NCBI RefSeq assembly: GCF_964204645.1
Contig: NC_134025.1
Location: 13,268,001-13,332,000 of the forward strand
Direction of reading: 5' to 3'
DNA length: 64,000 nucleotides
Origin: Tubulanus polymorphus
Taxonomy: Eukaryota; Animalia; Nemertea
How positions within the stretch are numbered: position 1 is the stretch's first letter; every line of letters begins with the position of its first letter. The translations under genes were made by a program, and so were the position numbers. Under the pieces are notes generated by a model that ran no database searches, had not been told where the DNA came from, and worked only from the letters and a program-made list of their open reading frames with translations. This document shows, one piece after another, positions 1-15,000 of the stretch.

Positions 1-1300
1 AAAGATACAGATCTTCGAATTTGTTAATATGTATTGTCTTTTATCCATGAAATGGCTCGAGCGATTAGTTGTTTTATGATTAGTACAGCGGTACTTGCTA
101 CAGTAAACCTTGCGAAAGTAGGATAATCGCTCACGTCGGATGAAGTCCGGATTTTTCTTTTTCGATGAAATCTATATCGCACAGTCGGAAACTCGCCTAT
201 CTCATAATTCTTTTCTTGGTACCAAAATAAAAAATCAGAATCACTTTTTCCTCATTGCTATGCTGTTTGATTTCGTTCCGACCGCTGTTCCTGGCCTGAA
301 ATCGACGATACAAGTCAACGGTCGTTATCTTAGTTGTGGCTAGTGTATTAGAATAGAAATATAAACCTGAAATATTTCAGTGTTTTTGAATCATTAATTT
401 TCTTGTAGATGTTGATTTGATTTTTCCGTTTAAAGAAATTAATTCTCAAGTCGTAGTTTTCGAGGAAAGGCTGGAAATCCGACTCATTCAAAGGTGGACT
501 TCTTCTAAGTCGGGAGGATTTTTCCTGTTCCCAAAAGATCCCACTACTTGCGCAAGGTGTAAAACTTGTACTCTTGTACTAAATCGTTGTGGAATATGAA
601 AAAAGTAAATGCTTGCTGTAGCGTTTAAATGTTGTATGCTTGCAGAAAATGCATTGGGGATTTCGAAGAATCGCGATCCGGCAACTTGATTCAGTCATTT
701 AGAATCATCCCATCTGATACTGATTCATCCGAATCAATCATCGACGTATTATACTGTTGCATTTTATTCGTTCGCAGATGGTTAACGTTTTGCTTATGGC
801 ACTGTTTTTGTGTAGCGTTTACAAGTCGATCTACTTTTCTCAGAATTCTTCGTTCAGTGATTCACGGCAACTAGCGCCCTGATTGGTTCCGTGTATTGAA
901 CATTTTCTCGTAGCCCACGAAGCAAATTACTCGTTTTGTTACTTGCGCGTTTATAACACGTCCACTTTATGACTTACAAATTCAATTACAATATCTGATT
1001 CACGGATATTCCTGGAGTATTTGTAATGCGGCAATATCAATTTCGCCGTCATTGTTCCGATAAATAACACATATTTACTACGACCAATTACGTCTGAGAA
1101 TCTTATGACATTTTCTGGAGAAGGGTTCACGTAAGCAAGTCATTCCAATAATTGGCGAATCTCCTTTGCAGACATCGTAGGGTCAAAAACCTTTCAACCT
1201 CCCCAAGACTACTGGCCGTCATTCCCATTTCGCTGAGATTGTCATGCAAAAGATCTTAAATAAGATGGAACTATCATTTAGACACCTAGGCAAATACCAT

Positions 1301-1430
1301 GATAATTCTAAAACCCAATACAGAATTTTATTTATCAAGAACAAGAATTAGAATACACGACGTTTCGAACTCGCACTAGAGATCATTGCCAGATATCTTT
1401 AAATTCTGTGTGGGTTTTAAACTTATTATC
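1301..1430 (-). mobile_element. Short fold-back element with decayed hammerhead (family 2)
   Basis: Inverted ends gataattctaaaacccaatacagaattt / aaattctgtgtgggttttaaacttattatc; minus strand reads ATAT CTGGCAA T GATCTC..GAGTTC GAAAC GTC GTGT. Confidence 0.55.
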
Positions 1431-2322
1431 TCTTCTCCATGTCAGAGTGTACGGGCTATTCTACCAAATACCATCAATTGAAAACGATGTAAGAAAAAGA
1501 TAAATTTATTTTCAGTTTTGTTATAAAATAGTAATAGAAACGTCTTTCGGACACCATTGCAATTTTCGATTGCCTTTACTATTGCACAGCGTAAGATAGC
1601 GTGGTTTTGAAATAAGATAAAGTAAGTAAGGTGTAACAACCGTATAAATGCAAAATCAAAGCATACTCGTTTTCTCTGATAATTTGGAAGCATGTGACGC
1701 ATATATCTTGGTGAGATTATCTATTTTTAGTCGGAAATTCGATTTAAAAAATTATATACGTTTACTAACGAGGATTCTCTTAATCGAAAATCGCGCATAA
1801 CTTTGCTAATTATGAAGAATCCGACGATATTTTCCTATTTTTCTAAACCGACAATCGCCACCATGTGAAAAAACCCAATTTCCATGATACTTTTTAAACC
1901 GCAAAGAAAAACATTCAAATTCCTTATAGATCGAATGTTCATTTCATAGTTATATCGCGTCAAAGATATATGATTTTTTAAATTAATTTATGAACGGAAG
2001 TATAGTCTCATAACATGACCCCAGGACTCTTCCGTAGACCTACAAATCTATCAATGAAATATGTATTATATAAACAGTACATGATTTTGCTATTCTACTT
2101 AGATTTGATGATTAAGATTTTCATTTAATGCCCTTCGTTTTGCATTATTAAATGTTGGTATATTTCAGTCTTTGTTTCATTATGGAAAACTATGAAAGGG
2201 ATAACATATAGGCCTATATTTCATAAATCATTGAAAGTAGGAAAATGTCAAATCATAGCTCATTGCTTGAAAAGAATTTGATAGTTTCAGAACTGCGTCC
2301 GGTAGCATATTGTTCAGCTCTT

Positions 2323-6955
<4,633 letters not shown>

Positions 6956-8916
6956 TCTCGTGTTGTCGCAAGTAAAGTCTCAAATATCTGTTCGCTGAAA
7001 TGCTCCTCCATTTGTTTTCATGCCGTTGTGATTCAGCGTTAAATGGTAAGTATTTTCGTACCTTTCTCCAACAAACCATAACTGTCAAGACGGCCATTCG
7101 TCTTCCCGCCACAAGCTCGCCTACCGCCGTAACAGATTTATTACCAGGTTGCTAAGAAGGAGGTCACTGTTTTATTAGAAATTTACGCTCGTCCATTGGC
7201 GGTGTTCTCCGATCAAGTTCTCGCGCTCTTTAGCTAAACGGATTTAATGACGTCACGATTATTCGCAAAATAGTGACCGACGCCAGTTTCTCGCAATGAT
7301 TACTTGTACCATCTGCCTTTCTCACTAGGCGAGGTGATGCATAATGAATTTTAACGATTGCCTATCATTAATTGAATCTTGTTTACCACCGTAATATACA
7401 GGACACTTTCAGACTATTTCAGGATCTTACTCACACCCACGGAGCGCCCTTTTAATTCGATAACGTCCTACGCATCAAATAAATGAGTTACGTATCACCA
7501 GTCCAGGGGAAAACCGTTTTAAGAAAAATGCGGGAAATATTTTAGATGTAAATTTGTTGTATCATAATACCATTTGGTCAAGCTACGATATATGACTTCC
7601 TGTGTAAAGAAGTAAGGAATCAAAAGGTAATTCGAAAAGAAATGAATAAACACTAACTATCATATTTTACGATAGATCACGTGCTCCATGACGCCTTACG
7701 AAAAGTCGCTTGTTTGAAGATACACGCGGTTGTGGACTGTACATGAACGTTCGAATTACATTTGTTATATCAACCAATCAGTGACTTGTAGCTTACGGCC
7801 ATTCTTGGCATGGTCATTGTTCATCGGGCCAATAAAATAGTACATAAACAATCAAATTTGAATTATAGCTGAAGTCTTTCCCTCCCTATAACGACGAAGT
7901 CGTACGACTTTCGCCCATTGATCGTAATTATTCACCTTTAGCCAATATTTTTCCTGTTCTGGACAGCCACCTGTTAAAGTCATTCGATGATTAATACAAA
8001 AATTGCACTAAGTGATATCTGCGCACGCTTGTCTAGCCGTCAAATTAAATAGATAGTCATTTATAAACAACACTGTAAGAAAATTCGAACATGGATAGAC
8101 GCTTTTTGCAAAATGCCAAGAATACGACGGTTTAATTTGGAAGTCCACTTAGATTGAGGCAGATATTGATGCGGAAAACAGAACGGCGCTAGAAAACCAC
8201 ATCAAAATCCTCGACTTCCGAGAAGTTTGTGAAATAAGTTATTGCTGTGGCTTGACGGTGACGGCAATAATAGCCAAGTTGATAGACCGGAAGACATTAT
8301 TCGTTGGCGTTCGTCAATCGCGCCGGTGACAGATATTTGCAGTTATGGTTTAATATCAAAACACATAAAACAACGCCGAGCGCCGGGATGCTTCAAAAGA
8401 ATGCTGACCGACCGAATGCAGACATCTGAGTGTATCTAGACACCTCCTAACTTCTCGTTTTATGGCACCATCATAACTCTGACGCCCAGGTTGTGAGAAA
8501 TTCAATCGAGGACCTCCCGAATATGTTTCAATGGAGATCAATTGGTGGATTGGAGACACGTGGACGTTTAAGTATCATTTAATTAGCAGTTTATGCCCAC
8601 ACATTTGACTTTGAGCTATTGTCGTAAATGATTTTATGAAGCGAAGTCATTTTGTTGTCCATTCACGACCAATCGCGATTCGATTCGGCAACAATGTCGC
8701 GGGTGTCTTCGTTTCTTTGAAGAAAACGTCGTAAACGGTGAAAACTGAGGAAAAGTCACGATCAACAGAAATCAATTCAATCTGCGTGCAGTCTCGACCA
8801 GTTGAAAAAACTCTGTCAGAAAACCGATGCCAAAGGCATCGCCCAGCGGTTGCCGCACCTTATAACGCAAAGAGCTTAAATACGCTAAAACTTCCACGTA
8901 ACTTCACTGACTGAAT
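6956..8916. promoter_or_regulatory. Divergent Wnt10/Wnt1 5' region (promoters and 5' UTRs)
   Basis: 1.96 kb between the two start codons; CRE palindrome TGACGTCA at 7248-7255; several CCAAT/ATTGG boxes. Transcription starts not locatable. Confidence 0.55.
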
Positions 8917-9071
8917 ATGGATTGGTTGACAATGCTTAAGAATTTGGGAATAATCGCTGTGATATTGGCGTCTCTTGTTCCAATCTCACTAAACGCGTCT
9001 CAAAATTCCACTACTACTTCGAATCGAACGAAAAAACGACCGAAACTTCGCACGCGAGGAATAAAATGGTG
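8917..9071 (+). CDS. Wnt1: Wnt1 exon 1
   Basis: [22 protein letters not shown]...RTRGIKW; TG|GTAAGT donor. Confidence 0.85.
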
Positions 9072-12000
9072 GTAAGTAGGATATATTTACGCGATATGCA
9101 GGTTGATAATGCTTTGAAATATGGCCGATATGGCCAATCTCTCTTGACATTTTTATGTTACTGCACGCTCCACCTTTCTCATTAAAGTTTATACCGGTAG
9201 AATTCTATCAAGCTGCGGCCAAAAGTAGGAATAATGTTCTGTGTATGATTTTGATACTAAAAATATAAAATGAGAATCATTTTTAAATAACCGCTATTTC
9301 TAATAACGATACCGAGAAATGGTTTTGTTCACATGAATCTTTATTTGGAGGTAAAACTTTTGGTTTGAATGTTAATGCAGAACGATGGTTTATTTACGAG
9401 TTCTTGAGAAAGTAGGGAAACAACAGTCCGGCGCTGCATGGCTCGTCTTTTTAGATTAATTGTCGTATACGTAATGCCCTTAATTGCGATACAATTGCCA
9501 TCCCATGACAGTAGTCGTTTCATTAATGAAGGAGACCATCGTAGATGTTAGATATTCCCTCTAACTTTTCTCGGAGAAGCTAACACACATTTAGCAGCAA
9601 TGATGCAGCAATATAGTATCATGATGCTTCACTTGACAATGCATTGGTAAGTTGCTAATAATTTGGAATGCGGTTATGGTGGTAGCTCTTCGTTTTCTTT
9701 TAATTTTTCTCTTCTTTCCTGTACACATATGCATCGAAAAGTACTTTACCCGAAAGAAAATAGTCCAGACTTAAACTATGAGGTAGTCAGTTATCAGTCG
9801 AGTGAGATTTTCGGAAAATATTTCTCAAAATAGAATAACGAATCACGTAGCACGTATATTTTCTGGTTCGTTCCCATGTTTTAGAACAGAGACAACGAAA
9901 ATAGAAGTAAGGGTGAGAGAGAAATAGATACCATTCCAGACTATCTGAGATGCATTGTTTTAGCTTGGTTTTGCCGTGTGACGAATGGTTTTTTGGGCAA
10001 AACGTCTTTATTTAGCACATATTGCCGTAATTGAGCGTCCCATCGATAGTTCATATTGGATCTCGGCAACGATCGCTCGGGATGCGCCGGACACCATGAA
10101 ATTGCCACTCGCATGATGCATGGTGACTTTTATGGCCATTACTATCACTATTCTAAAATTATGACCCTTGTACCTCGGCAGCCAAACTCGTGTGATTCAT
10201 GGGCTTTCACGAAATTCTTAGACCGCGTTTGCAAGATAAATGTTTTTAGAGGAACATTTTCGAAAGCTCCTTCCGTTAACATTTTCATAATCCGATCAAT
10301 ATCAAATATTGCCATTACACGACAGTATATTTCATAAAGAGAGATGAATTCATTTAAACCACCTATTTTAGACAGATCTGAACGAATAACAGTTTGGTAA
10401 GTTTGTTTTCGTATCAGTATTGAAGGAAATAAGAACTTTAAAACCCACTATATACAGAATTCACAAGATTAGAAGCGTCGTTTTTTATTCAATTGTTGAT
10501 AAATGAAATTCGTTTTTGATATTTTAGATTCAGTATAGAGCGGGTTTTAAACTCAAGTTCTTATTTCCTTGAAATAAAAATAAAACTTATACTGTTCTCC
10601 ACGTCAGTGTGGCTAGAACTTGAGTATCATTTATCAAACTCTAGAATAAGTCGTTATTAATAGGATTTTGATTTCAGAATATAACATCCAGATTGTCATC
10701 AATTTTTATAAGACGTCTGAACCCTGAAGTGCGTAGTCATCATTGCCAAATATGGTCACTGAAGATGCATGCAATGATAAAGAACGAGCGATGACATGTT
10801 GTAAATAGCGGCCCAACAAGTCAGAATCCGCGCTGATGGTTAGTGACTCAGGCTTATAGGCCTATAAAAGTGGCAACAAATGTGAATAGATATCTGCGTC
10901 ATGTCGATATTAATGGATTCCAGTTGATATAAAACTGTAATATGTCGGAATCTACGCGATGACACAAGTGACGAATGTATTGTGTTCGGCCCTATAATCG
11001 GATACATTTACAAAATATTCATCTAAATGATTTGTGAGAAGATGATCTTTATATTCATGGTAGTTTTTCCTGATCATAATCACGGAAAATGATCATAATC
11101 ACGGAAAATTTCTTTCTTTGGGAAATTCGTATGACCTTAATATATTTGTATTGCTGTTTTTGACCACCTATATAATATAATCAATTATGTATTTAAACAA
11201 AAAATATGTAACCACTTATTTCAGAGGATTTGACAAAAAACTGTTCCATATCGGTTGTGTTCAAAGATAGTAAAAGGTTGAAAACAATTTGTCATTATAG
11301 GATGTACGTGTATACGACCATTTAATATTGTGGTAAAATAACTAGCGACAATCGAACAGACGAATCTCCCATATAGCTTCCATGACTGAGAATGTGTCTC
11401 TCCTCAAACCATTATTATCTGGGACAGAATGCCTACGTTACTATATAAAAATGATGTGCAAGAATGGTGTCCTGGAGAAGGGGGTGGAATAGGGAGAATA
11501 GGAGTCGCTCTATAAATCATATCATATCATATCACTCCAAATAATTTCAGTTTCAATTATATGTTTTATCTACCATACAAATTTCATCATGAATTGAATA
11601 GGCCCGAAGGTAAATATTTTTGGGCAGGTGGATAGATCCCCAAAAGTCAACAAAACACATGACGCCAATTCCCATATGATATTTACATATTTTCAAAAGT
11701 TTTGGAAACAGATGATTAAATCAAATGAGGAAACATGTAATTTTGTTAAGAATGTTCTTATTTCAATAAGATTGATCGAGGAGGGAAGAAATTGAGCATG
11801 AATAATAATGATAGGCTATTGGAATTCAGGAAAACACGATGAATTTCAATGTGACCGACTTTTTAACGTGATTCTTTTTGAATACATAAATCTATCAACA
11901 AATTGGTGTCCTTAAACTTGTTTTCTAAGTCGCAGGAAGTCGAGCTGTGAATAGAATTTTCTCGCAAGATTGATACAATCTCGTAAATCGACGGTACCCT

Positions 12001-15000
12001 ATTGTCTGACGGGATGACGGGTCATAGCTCGCTCCGTTCCGGCCTATCGTCTACGAGCCCTCGGGGCGCATCGGAAATTACTGTAAAAATACGTCGGGAC
12101 TTCAACATCTCCGGTTTGAGAAAAACCAATCAGTTATACCTGGCATCTCCTCTGAGAATGTTTCCGACAAGAATTTTCCACTGTATTTAACGTTTGAATA
12201 AGCATCGTAATCGGGAAAGTTGATTTCAAAAAGTTTTTCTTCTATGGATTATGGTCGACTGTCAGCGTTTGTTATTTGGATTTTTATACTGCGCTCAAGT
12301 ATTTGAATTCGTTATGCCACGGAGTTTATGTGATAGTAGGAAGCACCACGTTTCGACAAACGTGGCCAGTCGACGGTCTTTGAACGCGATGCTAGATCGA
12401 CGTCCTTGTAAAAAGCAACGAAAGCAATTTAACCTCCGGTAAAAGATAACGCAATTGATTATCAAATATAGCTAAATGGTGAAATACTCTCAATATCACT
12501 AGACTTTGATAACGTGATATAACTACGCAATAAATCGCGAGAGACGAATGAAATATGAGTCCCACAATCATAAGTTCGAAAAAGATTTAAAACATCAAAA
12601 CTATAAAGAATTTATTAAAAACTCGAATTTTCGGTTTTATCCTAAGAACCATAATTTTAGTCACTCTTGAGAATGGTTTTTAGGATAAAACCGAAAATTC
12701 GAGTTTTTAATAAATTCTTTATAGTTTTGTTGTTTTAAATCTTTTTCGAACTTGTTTTGTGGGACTCATATTTCATCACAAGACTTTGTTTTCCTTAAGT
12801 CGATTTTATTTAAGTTTTCATTATTAAGAGTTTTCTGCTAAGTGTTGAAGAAATCTCTGTAGACGGAAAGAAGAAATCTTTCAGAAACGACAGGAAAACA
12901 GATTTCATACTTATTATTACAACAATACTCTCGGTTTCTTTATACACGTTTTCTGCCACCACGCACCTATCGATATCCTCTCTAATCATTAATTTTCATC
13001 CCTTTTTATTTTAGGAATTTGTTCAACGTCGGTCATATTTCCAACGACCTTCGCCAACTGCATAAACCGTCCACTTTTATCAGTCCCAGTTTGACGCCAC
13101 TGACGAAAAAACAGAGGAAGCTGGTCACCAAATACATGGGCTCATTACAGGCTATCGTGAAAGGTGCATCGTCAGCAGTACAAGAATGCAAGTATCAGTT
13201 CCAACATAGTCGCTGGAACTGCCCAACAGCTGAAAGTGGACACGGTGGAAATATATTCGGAAAAATATTACGCATAGGTAAGTTGAAACACTGCAGGTAT
13301 ATGATTGGCTAGTTTGCGAGTTTCTTATATCCGCTCACTGATGATGCTCCTCCTGGGAGTGAGGGTAATGCTGCATTTTTTAGATTAGACTTTTAAAACC
13401 ATTCTTTGTTTGTTCATTATTCTTCGTCTCATAGAAATTGTAATTACTTGTGTGAATTCTTGTGATTTTGCATTTGTAGGATCTCGGGAGACTGCGTTTA
13501 TATACTCAATAACCAGTGCGGCTGTGTCGCATCACATAGCGCGGGGCTGTAGCGACGGTCAGATTTACACGTGTCATTGCACGTACAACAGGCCGACTAC
13601 TGGTCAGCACTGGCAGTGGGGAGGCTGTAACGACAAGGCGGCTGTCACGTTTGGATACAAGTTCTCGCGGCATTTCGTCGACGTCGTGGAGAAAGGTCGT
13701 GACATGCGCTACATGATGAACTTGCACAATAATGAAGCTGGTCGCCTTGTAAGTATATATCTGTACCGAAATTGAAACCAATTTCTTTTTTTTCTCCCAT
13801 TTTTTCACGGGATTTCACCGAAGTCAAAAGTTTCCCCCGGAAATTCCTGATTATTTCTACACACCAGAAGGCGGTTGTGAGCTTTCGAAATTCACGTATA
13901 TGTAATATCTTCAAACATATGGTGGAGGAGGGGATCAAGGTCAGGGGTCGAAAGCAGTTGGATTAATCGCTAAAATCGATGCCCGTATGGAGAAGTTTCA
14001 TACATTGATCGTCCCACCGTGGAGATATATTTCAAAATTTCCCGGCACTAATAGTCAATAAAAGGAACTGGCTCAGACATGTTGTCGGATGAACTGCACA
14101 ATAGTCAAGGACAGTTAGATCATTTCGCGATATTTATGGCTTTACAATCAGTTTCGTGCAAATTGAAACTGCCAGTCGTTTGAGACAATTACATCACAGC
14201 AGTAGAACTATGGATATAATGCGTGTATATGTGAAACAATTCATATCAGAACAAGTCTCAGACCTTTTACGATATTCTGGTGTCAAAAAGATTGTTGGCA
14301 AACGCCTGGGGCTTGGGATAGATATGACGTAACGAAGCTTTTATTGCCTCAAAATCAACCCACACGATTCGTCTGAGGAATTAATGAGCACCTTATTGGC
14401 GCCTAATACGTGGCTGTTAACGGATCATCCAATTTATTCCTTTTGTTCCCAAATGAAATCAATTGGCGATATTTGAATAGCAAATACTCTTGTTTGTAAA
14501 TATTGCAATTTAAACTGACTGACGGGTTGTTTATAATTGAATTCGCGGAAGTCACGAAAAATTTCATGGACTTTGTCATTTCATCTCGTTGATGATTGTG
14601 AGGATTTGTTGAACTGTTGCAAACATTCATCACCATAAATGATACAAATTGTTTGCACCAGCTAGAAAATATAACCTATCATTATGGGGAACAGAGCAGG
14701 GGTTCCTGGCTACTTTGTCTGTATGACCAGATATCATTCATATAGAGGTTTCGTGAGTGCGTAGATATAAATGGTCCCACAGATAGCAAGAGCGATACTG
14801 GTTAATTCTAAGCTGACGAAAGAAGGGCAGTAGCAACTTGAGGAGCCGGTGGGCGATTGGCTATTATAGCGTTCGACGCCTAGGATGCTGGACTGTCCTA
14901 GAGTTGCGAACTTTTCAATTATATGTCACTGAAACATTGACGAATAAAGATTCGTTGATTTCGTGTAAGAAATTATTCGTTAAACAAATGCTCTCACTTC

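Noticed and set aside
13335-13370. CTGATGA plus small stem as another hammerhead (also CTGATGA at about 20752 and 27150)
   Set aside because: No correctly placed GAAA box, helix II and NUH with helix I pairing.
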